In this document: piece after piece, positions 40,699 through 50,316 of the stretch
How positions within the stretch are numbered: position 1 is the first letter of the stretch
Layout of the letters: every line of letters begins with the position of its first letter
NCBI GenBank assembly: GCA_963798145.1
Contig: CAWCSG010000023.1
Location: 59,686 to 123,685, forward strand
Length of the DNA: 64,000 nt
Direction of reading: 5' to 3'
DNA from: an uncultured Alphaproteobacteria bacterium
GTDB lineage: Bacteria; Pseudomonadota; Alphaproteobacteria; Geminicoccales; Geminicoccaceae
Program-made: the position numbers and the translations under genes
The notes under the pieces: model-generated
The model's database searches: none
Seen by the model: only the letters and a program-made list of their open reading frames with translations
What the model was told of the DNA's origin: nothing

Positions 40699-41583
40699 AT
40701 GAAGGTCGGCTTCATCGGACTCGGCATCATGGGCCAGCCCATGGCGCTCAATCTCGCCAGGGGCGGGCACGAGCTGTTCCTGCATACGCGCAGCGGTGTG
40801 CCGCAGGCCCTGCTCGATGCTGGTGGCAACGCCTGCGAATCGGCCGAGGCCGTGGCGCGGGCGGCCGAGGTGATCATCACCATGGTCCCGGACACGCCGC
40901 AGGTGGAAGAGGTCCTGTTCGCCCCGGCCGGCATCGCCGCCGGGCTGTCGGGCGGCAAGACCGTGGTGGACATGAGCTCGATCTCGCCGATCGCCACCAA
41001 GGAGTTCGCGAAGCGGATCAACGAGCTGGGCTGCGACTATCTCGACGCCCCGGTCTCGGGCGGCGAGGTCGGTGCCAAGGCCGCGTCGCTGACCATCATG
41101 GTGGGCGGCCCGCAGGCAGCGTTCGACAAGGTCAGGCCGCTGTTCGAGCTGATGGGCAAGAACATCACGCTGATCGGCGGCAATGGCGACGGCCAGACCA
41201 CCAAGGTCGCGAACCAGATCATCGTGGCGCTCAACATCGAGGCCGTGGCCGAGGCGCTGGTGTTCGCGTCCAAGGCCGGCGCCGATCCGGCCAAGGTGCG
41301 CCAGGCACTGATGGGCGGCTTCGCCAGCTCGCGCATCCTCGAGGTGCACGGCGAGCGCATGATCAACCGGACCTTCAATCCGGGTTTCCGCATCGAGCTG
41401 CACCAGAAGGATCTGAGCCTTGCCCTCGCCGGCGCGCGGGCGCTCGGCGTCAGCCTGCCCAACACCGCTACCGCCATGGAACTGTTCAATGCCTGTGCCG
41501 CCAATGGCGGCAAGGGCTGGGACCATTCCGGCATGGTCAAGGCGCTGGAGCTGATGGCGAACCATCCGGTGGCCGAGGGCTGA
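40699..41583 (+). CDS. glxR: 2-hydroxy-3-oxopropionate (tartronate semialdehyde) reductase
   Basis: GFIGLGIMG, DAPVSGGEVGA, KVANQ, PGFRIELHQKD. Confidence 0.95.
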   Translation: MKVGFIGLGIMGQPMALNLARGGHELFLHTRSGVPQALLDAGGNACESAEAVARAAEVIITMVPDTPQVEEVLFAPAGIAAGLSGGKTVVDMSSISPIATKEFAKRINELGCDYLDAPVSGGEVGAKAASLTIMVGGPQAAFDKVRPLFELMGKNITLIGGNGDGQTTKVANQIIVALNIEAVAEALVFASKAGADPAKVRQALMGGFASSRILEVHGERMINRTFNPGFRIELHQKDLSLALAGARALGVSLPNTATAMELFNACAANGGKGWDHSGMVKALELMANHPVAEG

Positions 41584-41592
41584 GGCTCAGCG

Positions 41593-42867
41593 ATGGACCC
41601 CCGCCAGCTTCTGCTTTCCCTGTTCGAGACCGCGGTCGCGGCGGCGGACCCGGCGGTGGTGCTGCCGGCGCATCTGCCGCCACCTCCGAAAGGCCGGACC
41701 ATCGTCGTCGGCGCCGGTAAGGCGTCCGCCGCCATGGGGGTGGCACTGGAGCGGCATTGGCACGGGGAGTTGTCCGGCCTGATCGTGACCCGCTACGGCC
41801 ACGGCGCACCGTGCCGGCGGATCGAGGTGGTCGAGGCGGCGCACCCAGTGCCCGACGAAGCCGGGCGGGCGGCGGCCGCGCGGATCCTCGAGCTCGTGCA
41901 GGGGCTGGGTGAGGACGATCTGGTGCTGGCGCTGATCTCGGGCGGCGGCTCGTCGCTGCTGTCGTTGCCAGCGGACGGGCTGACCCTCGCCGACAAGCAG
42001 GCCGTCAACCGCGCGCTGCTGCGCTCGGGTGCCTCGATCGACGAGATGAACTGCGTGCGCAAGCATCTGTCCGCGATCAAGGGCGGCAGGCTCGCCGCGG
42101 CAGCGTTCCCGGCGCGTATCGTGTCCCTCCTGATCTCCGACGTTCCCGGCGATGAGCCGGCGGTGATCGCCAGCGGACCGACCGTGCCCGACCCGACCCG
42201 CGCCGCCGATGCGCTGGCCATCATCGCCCGCTACGCCATCGAGCTGCCGCCGCATGTCCGCGACCATCTGCACGGGTCCGCGGCCGAGACGCCCAAGCCC
42301 GGCGATCCGCGTCTCGCCCGCAGCGAGGTCCGGCTGATCGCGGCGCCGCAGCTCAGCCTGGAGGCGGCTGCCGCGGTCGCGCGGAGCGCCGGAGTCGCGC
42401 CGGTGCTGCTGGGCGACGCGCTCGAGGGCGAGTCCCGCGAGCTGGGCAAAGTCATGGCCGGCATCGCCCGCTCGGTCCGCCGCCACGGCCAGCCGGCCAA
42501 GTCACCGGCGGTGCTGCTGTCCGGCGGTGAGACGACGGTGACCGTGCGGGGCGAGGGCAGGGGTGGGCGCAATGTCGAATACCTGCTGGGGCTCGCCGTG
42601 GCTCTCGACGGCGAGCCCGGCATCTGGGCGATCGCTGGCGACACGGACGGGATCGACGGTGCCGAGGAGGTGGCGGGTGCGATCGTCACGCCCGACACCC
42701 TGGACCGTGCGCGGGCTGCCGGCCTCGACCCGCGCGCGGTGCTGGCCGCGAACGACGCCCACTCGCTATTCGAGGTCCTGGGCGACCAGGTCGTCACGGG
42801 TCCGACCCTAACCAACGTCAACGATTTCCGCGCTGTCCTCGTCCTGTCGCAGACGGGTGCCGCGTGA
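41593..42867 (+). CDS. ttuD: Glycerate 2-kinase (TtuD/MOFRL family)
   Basis: GAGKAS, HPVPD, SGGGSSL, KGGRLA, SGGETTV, GGRN, TDGIDG, TNVND. Confidence 0.9.
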   Translation: MDPRQLLLSLFETAVAAADPAVVLPAHLPPPPKGRTIVVGAGKASAAMGVALERHWHGELSGLIVTRYGHGAPCRRIEVVEAAHPVPDEAGRAAAARILELVQGLGEDDLVLALISGGGSSLLSLPADGLTLADKQAVNRALLRSGASIDEMNCVRKHLSAIKGGRLAAAAFPARIVSLLISDVPGDEPAVIASGPTVPDPTRAADALAIIARYAIELPPHVRDHLHGSAAETPKPGDPRLARSEVRLIAAPQLSLEAAAAVARSAGVAPVLLGDALEGESRELGKVMAGIARSVRRHGQPAKSPAVLLSGGETTVTVRGEGRGGRNVEYLLGLAVALDGEPGIWAIAGDTDGIDGAEEVAGAIVTPDTLDRARAAGLDPRAVLAANDAHSLFEVLGDQVVTGPTLTNVNDFRAVLVLSQTGAA

Positions 42868-43067
42868 AGCAGCTGGCCGATATCACGGGATCTGTCCGCC
42901 GCGCATCACGGGCCTGAAGGCGCCGCACGAGCGGCGCCCCGGCAGCGGGACGAGGTCGTGGTTACGCCGTCTCGTAGTGGCCGCACGAGGCCCCGCTCGG
43001 GGCGGCCGCGGCCGCCAACCTGCTGTTGCAGGCGTGCGCCCCGGTCGCTATGTTCCGGCCGCCTTCG

Positions 43068-43155
43068 GGAGGGATGGCCGAGTGGTTTAAGGCGCACGCC
43101 TGGAAAGCGTGTTGGGGGCAACCCCTCGCGGGTTCAAATCCCGCTCCCTCCGCCA
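43068..43155 (+). tRNA. tRNA-Ser (anticodon GGA)
   Basis: GGAGGGA/TCCCTCC acceptor stem, CACGC-CTGGAAA-GCGTG anticodon arm, long variable arm, GGTTCAAATCC T-loop, encoded CCA. Confidence 0.97.
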
Positions 43156-43189
43156 CCTACCGTTCGCCTCTGTCCGCAGTGGTCCAACC

Positions 43190-43710
43190 GCGACAAGGGA
43201 TTGGCGTTCAAGGCAGCCGCTGAGGCGCTGATCGAGAGCAAGCGACCCAGCTGGCGCAACGCCAAGCAAGCCGCGCAATGAGGAGCGACACTCGGCACCT
43301 ATGTCTTTCCCACCATGGGTGCCACCGATGTGCGTGGAATCGACACGCGTGCCGGGCCTGCCAGCGCATCGAGGCGGTGCTCGACTACACCACGGTGCTG
43401 GGTGCTCGGACCGGCGACAACCCGGCGCGTTGGAAGTGACATCTCGAGGTTCTCCTGCCGAAGCCCAGGAAGGTCCGACAGGTGAAACGCCATGCCACGC
43501 TCGACTGACGTCGGGCCCCGGCCTTCATGATCGACCTTGCCAAACGCGACGGCGCCGCCGCCACGGCGCCGGCATCGCAATCCTGATCGCCGCCCGCTCG
43601 GGCGAGGTCCGCAGCATAACCTGGGCTGAGGTCGGATGTTTCGGAGGCCGTGTGGACCGTTCCGGCGGCCACTTTCGGATGCCACGCTGACGGCCGTGCT
43701 CAAGCCACGG
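43190..43710 (+). pseudogene. Decayed P4-like tyrosine integrase next to the tRNA-Ser 3' end
   Basis: FKAAAEALIESKRPSWRNAKQAAQ*, TYVFP, RIEAVLD...GDNPARWK*HL...PKPRKV, AARSGEVR...W, PLSDATLTAVL; stops at 43279 and 43437, frameshifts and large deletions. Confidence 0.88.
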
Positions 43711-43742
43711 TATGCCAGTAAACGAGCCCTTCGCTCAAGTTT

Positions 43743-44516
43743 CTATAGCCCGAACTCGGCCCGAACAGCGGCAGCGATGAGCTGCACATGGTCGTCGATC
43801 AGCCATTGCCCCTGTTCTTCGGTAGCCCGCTCGGCGCGCGCCAGGACCCCGGACGCCGGCATGAAGCCCTTGGGCACTGGGTGGCGGTCATAGGTCGGGA
43901 ATTTGGCCGGACCGTCGCAAGGCACCTTTGACATGTCGACCAGGTCGGGCCGGAGCAGCAGCATGAGCGAGGTCTCGAGCAGGCTCGCATGCTCGAGCTC
44001 TGTGCCCGGGAATCCCTCCGGGAACAGCTTGTCCAGGGTGCTCCGGCGGACGAAGTCCCAGTACTCCAGGCGCATCAATTGCATGTCGGCGATACCGTCG
44101 CGGCGCAGCTCGCGCAGACCGAGGTCGACGCCCTCGACGGCAGGCCAGCAGTTCTCGAAGTGGCCGTTGAGCACGACGACGCGCCGGACGCCGTCGTGGC
44201 CGAGGCTGCGGATGACGTCGCGGACCACGAGCGAGAAGGTGTTGGCGTCGAGGCTGGTGGTACCGGGAAAGGCCTCACCGCCGCCCGAGCGGGGCATCGA
44301 CTTGTAACCATATGGCACCGTCGGCGCGACGAGGCCGCCGACGGTGCGCGCCACTCGCTCGCATACGGCGGTGGGCAGCACGACGTCGACGGACATCGCC
44401 ATGTGCGGCCCATGCTGCTCGGTGGCGCCGAGCGGGAAGAACACGACGACGTTCTCCGCCACCCGCCGCTCGAACTCCGGCCAGCTCAACTCTGCCAGGA
44501 ATACGCTGTCGTTCAT
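43743..44516 (-). CDS. crnA: Creatininase (creatinine amidohydrolase)
   Basis: GATEQHGPH, VDVVLPTAVC, YGYKS...SGGG...FPGTTSLD, NGHFEN, YWDF, EHA...ETS; closely follows Pseudomonas putida creatininase as I recall it. Confidence 0.88.
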   Translation of the reverse strand: MNDSVFLAELSWPEFERRVAENVVVFFPLGATEQHGPHMAMSVDVVLPTAVCERVARTVGGLVAPTVPYGYKSMPRSGGGEAFPGTTSLDANTFSLVVRDVIRSLGHDGVRRVVVLNGHFENCWPAVEGVDLGLRELRRDGIADMQLMRLEYWDFVRRSTLDKLFPEGFPGTELEHASLLETSLMLLLRPDLVDMSKVPCDGPAKFPTYDRHPVPKGFMPASGVLARAERATEEQGQWLIDDHVQLIAAAVRAEFGL

Positions 44517-44541
44517 GCCGTCCTCCCCCAGTCGCCGCCTA

Positions 44542-45285
44542 TCAGAACATTGCCGCGCCGCCGTTCGGGCTCACGCACTGGCCGGTCATGAAGGAAGCAC
44601 CAGGCCCGGCCAGGAACACTGCGGCGGCTGCGATCTCCTCCGGCCGGGCGATACGCCCCAGCGGATTCATCGCTTCCTTCGCCAGCGTCTCCGGCGAGGT
44701 GGTATCGGCCGCGAGCATGGCCGTGTCGGTCGGACCTGGGGCGATCGCGTTGACCAGGATCTCGGGCGCGAACTCGCGCGCCCAGGATCGCGTCAGCGAC
44801 AGCACGCCGCCCTTGGAGGCGCAGTAGATCGAGCAGCTCTCGCGGCCGAGATAGGCGAGCTCGGAGGCGATGTTGATCACTCGTCCGCCGCCCTGCAGCC
44901 GCATCGCCCGGATGCCCTCACGGCCGACGAGGAACACCCCACGCAGATTGACGCCGATCAGCCGGTCGAAATCGGAGGCGGTGGTCTCCAGCAGCGGCTT
45001 CTCGATCAGGATGCCGGCATTGCTGACCAAGATATCGAGGCCACCGAGCCGGGTGCCAAGCGAGGCGAACAGTTCCAGCACCTGGGCCTCATTGGCGACG
45101 TCCGTACGGATGCCGAACGAGCCGTTGCCGATCTCGCTGCTCGTGGAGTCGATCTGGTGCTGGGGCACCACGTCGGCGATCGCAACCCGACAGCCTTCCG
45201 ACGCAAGTGCCGCGGCGATCGCCCGGCCGATGCCTGCCGCACCGCCGGTGACTAGGGCACGCTTGCCCGCGAGCGAACCGGTCAC
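44542..45285 (-). CDS. SDR family oxidoreductase
   Basis: TGGAAGIG, SNAG, YCASK, NAIAPG. Confidence 0.92.
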   Translation of the reverse strand: MTGSLAGKRALVTGGAAGIGRAIAAALASEGCRVAIADVVPQHQIDSTSSEIGNGSFGIRTDVANEAQVLELFASLGTRLGGLDILVSNAGILIEKPLLETTASDFDRLIGVNLRGVFLVGREGIRAMRLQGGGRVINIASELAYLGRESCSIYCASKGGVLSLTRSWAREFAPEILVNAIAPGPTDTAMLAADTTSPETLAKEAMNPLGRIARPEEIAAAAVFLAGPGASFMTGQCVSPNGGAAMF

Positions 45286-46079
45286 CCCATCACCTCGCCG
45301 CGGTCGACATTGACCGCCTGGCCGGTGACGTTACGGGCAAGGTCTGAGGCGAGGAACAGGTAGAGCGAGGCCACGTCTTCGGGCTCCATCAGGCCGGGCA
45401 GCGCCTGTGCGGCGAGGATGTCGTCAAGCATCTCCTCCTCGCTGACGCCCGCTTTCTCGGAAACCCGGGTCAGCGAGCGCAGCGCCGCTCGGGTGCGGAC
45501 CCAGCCCGGGCAGACGGCGTTCACTCGGATGCCGCGCGGGCCGAGCTCCTTGGCCAGCACGCGCATGAAGCCGATGTTGGCGTGCTTGGACGTGACGTAA
45601 GCCGCGAAGTCCGCCGCGGCGGACTTCCCCCAGACCGAGGAGGTGATGACGATGCTGGCGCCCGCCGCCATACAGCGCAGGGCTTGGCGCGTGACGTAGT
45701 AGGTGCCGACCACGTTGATCTCGATGATCCGGCGGAAGGTCGCCTCGACCGCGTCGTCCTCGGCGAGCATGGGGGTGGTCAGCTCGAGTCCGGCATTGTT
45801 GACCAAGACGTCGAGCCGGCCAAGCCCGCCCACGACGCGGCGTACCGCTTCGCGATCGGTGATGTCGCACATCTCGGCCCGGACCGGGCGCCCGACAGCG
45901 GCGGCGATCGCCGCCGCCGCCGTCTCGATGTCGGCGGTGCTGGACAGGATGGCGAGGTCCGCACCGGCGCGCGCGAAGGCCTTCGCGACCGCGCGTCCGA
46001 TGCCGTGGCTGGCGCCGGTGACCAGGACGTTCTTACCGGCAAAACAGAGTGTCGAGCCGGCCTCAGCCTGCGGCGGCAT
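45282..46079 (-). CDS. SDR family oxidoreductase
   Basis: TGASHGIG, NNAG, YVTSK, NAVCPG. Confidence 0.92.
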   Translation of the reverse strand: MPPQAEAGSTLCFAGKNVLVTGASHGIGRAVAKAFARAGADLAILSSTADIETAAAAIAAAVGRPVRAEMCDITDREAVRRVVGGLGRLDVLVNNAGLELTTPMLAEDDAVEATFRRIIEINVVGTYYVTRQALRCMAAGASIVITSSVWGKSAAADFAAYVTSKHANIGFMRVLAKELGPRGIRVNAVCPGWVRTRAALRSLTRVSEKAGVSEEEMLDDILAAQALPGLMEPEDVASLYLFLASDLARNVTGQAVNVDRGEVMG

Positions 46080-46893
46080 ATTCGGCCTCCTCGGTGCGGA
46101 TCTCCTCCTGTCGGATGAGCGACAGAACTTCGTGGCGGATCGCGCGGAAGGCCGCCCCCTCCATCAGGTCGAGCCCGCGCTCCGCCGGCAGGACTTTGGC
46201 GACCGGCACGTCCTTGAGCACGCGGGCCGGCCGGGCGGAGAAGACGATGATCCGGTCGGCTAGGAACACGGCCTCGTCGACGTCATGGGTGACGAAGATC
46301 ACCGTCTTGCGCTCGGCTTGGCGCAGCGCCTGGAGCTGGAGCTGCAATCGTTCGCGGGTCAGCGCGTCCAGGGCACCGAACGGTTCGTCCATCAGGAGCA
46401 CCAGCGGATCGGCGGCCAGCGTGCGCGCGATCGCCACCCGCTGGCGCATGCCGCCCGAGATCCGGTTGGTGTAATAGTCGGCGAAGGGCGTCAGTCCGAC
46501 CAGCTCGAGATAGTGGCGGCCAATCCGCGCGCGATCGGCCGGCGCGAGATCGTGCCGGTACTTCATCCCGAAGCGGATGTTGCCCAGCACCGTTAGCCAC
46601 GGGAACGAGGAGTAGGTCTGGAAGACCATGCCCTTGTCCCGGCTCGGTCCCAGGACGGGCTCGCCGTCGAGGAGCACCTTGCCGGTGCTGGGCGTCTCGA
46701 GTCCGCCCACCATGCGCATCACCGTCGTCTTGCCGCATCCGGAGGGGCCGACGAAGACCACGAACTCGCCGGCCGCGATGTCCAGCGTCAGGGGCTCGAC
46801 CACCGGAATGGCCGGCCCGTGGCCGTGCGCGAAGGATTTGGTCAGAGCGCGGAACTCGATCCTGCCGCCATGGGGTACCGGGTGGGCCGTCAT
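46063..46893 (-). CDS. NitT/TauT-type ABC ATP-binding protein
   Basis: [34 protein letters not shown]. Confidence 0.93.
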   Translation of the reverse strand: MTAHPVPHGGRIEFRALTKSFAHGHGPAIPVVEPLTLDIAAGEFVVFVGPSGCGKTTVMRMVGGLETPSTGKVLLDGEPVLGPSRDKGMVFQTYSSFPWLTVLGNIRFGMKYRHDLAPADRARIGRHYLELVGLTPFADYYTNRISGGMRQRVAIARTLAADPLVLLMDEPFGALDALTRERLQLQLQALRQAERKTVIFVTHDVDEAVFLADRIIVFSARPARVLKDVPVAKVLPAERGLDLMEGAAFRAIRHEVLSLIRQEEIRTEEAEYAAAG

Positions 46894-46894
46894 C

Positions 46895-47734
46895 TCATCC
46901 AAGGTAGCGGAACCAGCGCCGATGGAGGAAGCGGATCGCCTGGTCGGAGACGAGACCGATCACGCCGATGGTGAGGATGCCGGCGAACACCTCCGGCGTC
47001 TTGCCGTAGCGGCGTGCGGTCCAGAGCTGATAGCCGATCCCCGAGTTCGCGGCGACGATCTCGGCCACGATCAGGTAGGTCCAGCACCAGCCCAGCGTGA
47101 TCCGCAAGCTGTCGACCATGTTGGGCAGCATGGCCGGGACCAGCACGTCGGTCATCAGCGCCCGGTCGCCGGCGCCGAGCGTGCGGCCAGTCTCGACGAA
47201 CTCCTTGGGCACGCGGCGGGAGTCGTCGGCCACCAGCAGCACGAGCTGGAAGAAGGTGCCGATCCAAAGGAGCGCGATCTTCGAGCTCTCGCCGATGCCG
47301 AGCCAGATCAGGGTGAGCGGTACTAGGGCCGGGACCGGCAGGTAGCGGACGAAATCGACCACGGGCTCGGTGGAGGCACCCACCGCCCGGTAGCTGCTCA
47401 TCAGGATGCCCAACGGAATGGCGATCACGGCCGAGGCCAGGAACGCCACCCAGACCCGGGCCATGCTGATGCCGATGTCGGAAAGATAGTCGGTGCCGGT
47501 GAAGAGCCCGGCCCAGGCGGCGAGGACCGCCTCGGGCGATGGCAGGATCTGCGGCTGCACCCAGCCCAGCCCGGTGACCGCGGACCAGGCGAGCAGCACC
47601 AGCGCGAACGCAGCCGCACCCACCCAGAGCTCGACGCGCGGATCCCCCCTTGTGCCGAACACGAACAAGTCGCGCCACGGTCCCGGTCGCCGTGTCCGGG
47701 AACGCGCGCGTCGCCGCATGGCCGTGAGGTCCAA
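46895..47734 (-). CDS. NitT/TauT-type ABC permease
   Basis: RYLPVPALVPL, EAA-like loop, IVAEIVAANSGIGY. Confidence 0.92.
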   Translation of the reverse strand: MDLTAMRRRARSRTRRPGPWRDLFVFGTRGDPRVELWVGAAAFALVLLAWSAVTGLGWVQPQILPSPEAVLAAWAGLFTGTDYLSDIGISMARVWVAFLASAVIAIPLGILMSSYRAVGASTEPVVDFVRYLPVPALVPLTLIWLGIGESSKIALLWIGTFFQLVLLVADDSRRVPKEFVETGRTLGAGDRALMTDVLVPAMLPNMVDSLRITLGWCWTYLIVAEIVAANSGIGYQLWTARRYGKTPEVFAGILTIGVIGLVSDQAIRFLHRRWFRYLG

Positions 47735-47752
47735 CCCTGCCGCCGTATTCTG

Positions 47753-48787
47753 CTAGTGGGCCTGGTTGATCACCGAGCGGTCGATATGGTCCTCGGGCAC
47801 CAGCTTGGTGGTGGAGGAGCCGAACTCGAGATTGAGGTCCATGGCCTCGCGGAAGACCTCGTAGACGCGGCCCTCCTTGTCTGTCGTGCCGATCAGCTCG
47901 ACCGCCTCGCTGTAGGGCGTGTAGCGGAAGTTGGGCAGGGTCGCCTTGAAGTCGTCGGGCGTAATCGAGAACTGCTTGGCGATGATCGGGATCGCCTGCT
48001 CTTGGTTGGTGTTGAAGTAGTTGACCGCCTTGTAGATCGCCCGCAGGAACTTCACGTATTTGGCAGGGTTCGTTTTCAGCTCGTCGTCATGGACGAAGAT
48101 TACGTCGAGGATCAGGTCCTCATAGTCCTTGGATGACGCCACGATGTGGGCACCGCGGTCCTGGTGCGCCGCCACGACTTGGCTGAGGACGGGCTCATAC
48201 GTGCCGACGGCGGCGACGCTGGGGTCCGAGAACACCCCAATCGCGTCGGCGGCAGCGATGTCGGTCAGCTTCGTGTCCTTGATCGACAGGTTGCAGTCCT
48301 TCTTCAGCGCCATCTGCATGATCAGGCGGGCCGGCAGGTTGGGCTCGACCGCGATGCTCTTGTCCTTGAGGTCGCACACCGACTTGATCGATCCGTCGGC
48401 CGCCCAGCCGTCGCCGCCGGTCGAGAGGTCGATCGTGCCGATGATCTTGCCCTTGGTCTCCTTGGTCCGGCCCAATCCCTGATACTCGCCGACCGTGCGC
48501 AGGTAGCAGTCGATGTCACCGCGCTCCATGGCGGCAATGCCGTTGGCCATGTCGTCGTCGAGGATCTCCTCGACCGTGATGCCCTCATCCTTGAAGTAGC
48601 CCAGCTCGTTGGCGAGGTGGACCGGGCCGAAGCCGACCCAGACCGGATACATGCAGGTGATCTTGTCGTCTTGGCCTACGGCGGCACGAGCTTCGCTTCC
48701 GGGCAGGGCGAAAAGGAATGCCGCTGCGAACAGCACGAGCGCCAGCAGGCCGGGCCGATGCGTCAACGTTCTTGTCATGCCGTGCAC
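47753..48787 (-). CDS. NMT1/SsuA-like ABC substrate-binding protein
   Basis: Signal peptide, WVGFGPVHLANELGYF, SSKDYEDLILDV. Confidence 0.88.
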   Translation of the reverse strand: MHGMTRTLTHRPGLLALVLFAAAFLFALPGSEARAAVGQDDKITCMYPVWVGFGPVHLANELGYFKDEGITVEEILDDDMANGIAAMERGDIDCYLRTVGEYQGLGRTKETKGKIIGTIDLSTGGDGWAADGSIKSVCDLKDKSIAVEPNLPARLIMQMALKKDCNLSIKDTKLTDIAAADAIGVFSDPSVAAVGTYEPVLSQVVAAHQDRGAHIVASSKDYEDLILDVIFVHDDELKTNPAKYVKFLRAIYKAVNYFNTNQEQAIPIIAKQFSITPDDFKATLPNFRYTPYSEAVELIGTTDKEGRVYEVFREAMDLNLEFGSSTTKLVPEDHIDRSVINQAH

Positions 48788-48813
48788 TCCAATTCTTGTT
48801 GCTTCGGGCCGGT

Positions 48814-49788
48814 TCAGGGCCTTTCCGCGGCGGCGTTACGAAGTCGCTCGTGGAAGATGTAGCCCAGAAAATTAAGCAAGACCTGGGCCGCGAGGATCGA
48901 CGTGATCCCCGAGGGATCGTATGGCGGCGAAACCTCGACCAGATCGATGCCGACGACGTTGCCGATACGGGCGATCCCCTGCAACAGCTCCATGACCTCC
49001 CAATAGAGGAAGCCGCCATGGCTCGGCGTACCGGTCCCCGGAGCGATCGAGGGGTCGAACGCGTCGATGTCGATGGTGACGTAGTAGCGAGCACCCTCGG
49101 GTATCAGCGCCAGCACGCCCTCGGTGCCGAGCCGCCGGCACTGGCGCACCGAGCGAATCTGCGAGCCCCGCCGGCGTGCGTCCTCGTAGCCTTCGCGCGC
49201 CGTCGAGGAGACGTTGCGGATACCCAGCTGGGTCAGCCCCGTCACGTGCGCCTGCTCGGCGGCCCGTCGCATCGGATTGCCGTGGCCCTCGCGCACACCG
49301 TGGCGCACGTCGACGAAGTCCAGATGCGCGTCGATCTGGATCAGGTGGATGGGCGGCTGGTCGGCGAAGGCGCGTACGCAGGGGATGTTAACCGCGTGAT
49401 CGCCACCCAACACGAGCGGTATGGCGCCCCGTGCCAGGATCTGGCGAACCGCGGCCTCGGTGTTGCGGTGGCTGGCCGCCGTGTCGGTGTGGACGATGTC
49501 CGCATCGCCCACGTCGGCGATCCGGACCTGGTCGGTTTCGAGATAGACCGCGTCATCCTCGTGGTCATAGGCGCCGCCGTGACCGAACGAGAACAGCGTG
49601 GACGCCTCGCGGATCGCGCGTGGGCCGAAACGTGCGCCGGCACGGTACTGGGTGCCCATGTCGTAGGGCACGCCGAGGACCGCGACGTCGGCATCAAGCG
49701 TTGACAGATCCAGGCAAGGGGGCCGCTTGCCGAAGGTGCAAAGCCCCACGAAGGGCAGATCAAGGCGTCCGCTCTCGTAGGCGTGCAT
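48814..49788 (-). CDS. Ureohydrolase (agmatinase/arginase fold)
   Basis: GARFGPRAIR, GGDH, DAHLD, HGNP, DIDAFD, GTGTP, VEVSP: all six metal ligands present. Confidence 0.92.
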   Translation of the reverse strand: MHAYESGRLDLPFVGLCTFGKRPPCLDLSTLDADVAVLGVPYDMGTQYRAGARFGPRAIREASTLFSFGHGGAYDHEDDAVYLETDQVRIADVGDADIVHTDTAASHRNTEAAVRQILARGAIPLVLGGDHAVNIPCVRAFADQPPIHLIQIDAHLDFVDVRHGVREGHGNPMRRAAEQAHVTGLTQLGIRNVSSTAREGYEDARRRGSQIRSVRQCRRLGTEGVLALIPEGARYYVTIDIDAFDPSIAPGTGTPSHGGFLYWEVMELLQGIARIGNVVGIDLVEVSPPYDPSGITSILAAQVLLNFLGYIFHERLRNAAAERP

Positions 49789-49861
49789 CAGGAGCCTCCC
49801 GCTGGCGTAGGCACCTTGGCGCTTATCGCCACGTGGAGAAAGGGGGAAGTGTGTTCGTAAC

Positions 49862-50105
49862 CAGAGTCGCGACGGCCGCCGAGCGCAAGCCCAGGCGGCT
49901 CAAGCTCACCTATCGACAGCCTGGCCGATTCCTGACCGACCGGTTCGACCTTCCGCAAGAAGGAGATCGAAGCGCTGGCCGAGCGCGACCTCGCCGCCGG
50001 CAGCAACGTCTTCAGCGACGGCGTGTCGTGCTGGACCGCGGTCACCGCGGCCGTCTCCGACCACTTCCCGATGGTCACCGGCACCGGGCCGCAGGCTGCC
50101 CACTG
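49862..50105 (+). mobile_element. IS1595-family transposase fragment
   Basis: VATAAERKPRRLKLT, then after a break FRKKEIEALAERDLAAGSNVFSDGVSCWTAV...DHFPMVTG; no ends recognised. Confidence 0.7.
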
Positions 50106-50316
50106 TGTTGCCGATATCGGCTCTCCGGCGATCTTCGCTGCGGGCGCGGCCGCGGGCGCCCCACGAGCCGGACATAGCCGGGACGAGCTGGTCGGGTTCT
50201 CACTGTGTCGGCAACGCTCGCCGATGTGCGTCAGAAGCCGCGATATGCGCCGGTAATGTATGGCCTGTCAGCAAACGGTCGCACCGTTTTTGGCGCGCGA
50301 ACCGCGCAGGCGAGGA

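Noticed and set aside
49789-50316. Guanidine riboswitch upstream of the ureohydrolase operon
   Set aside because: No ykkC consensus and no paired ACGR hairpins on the minus strand; the region is IS debris. An Infernal scan would settle it.
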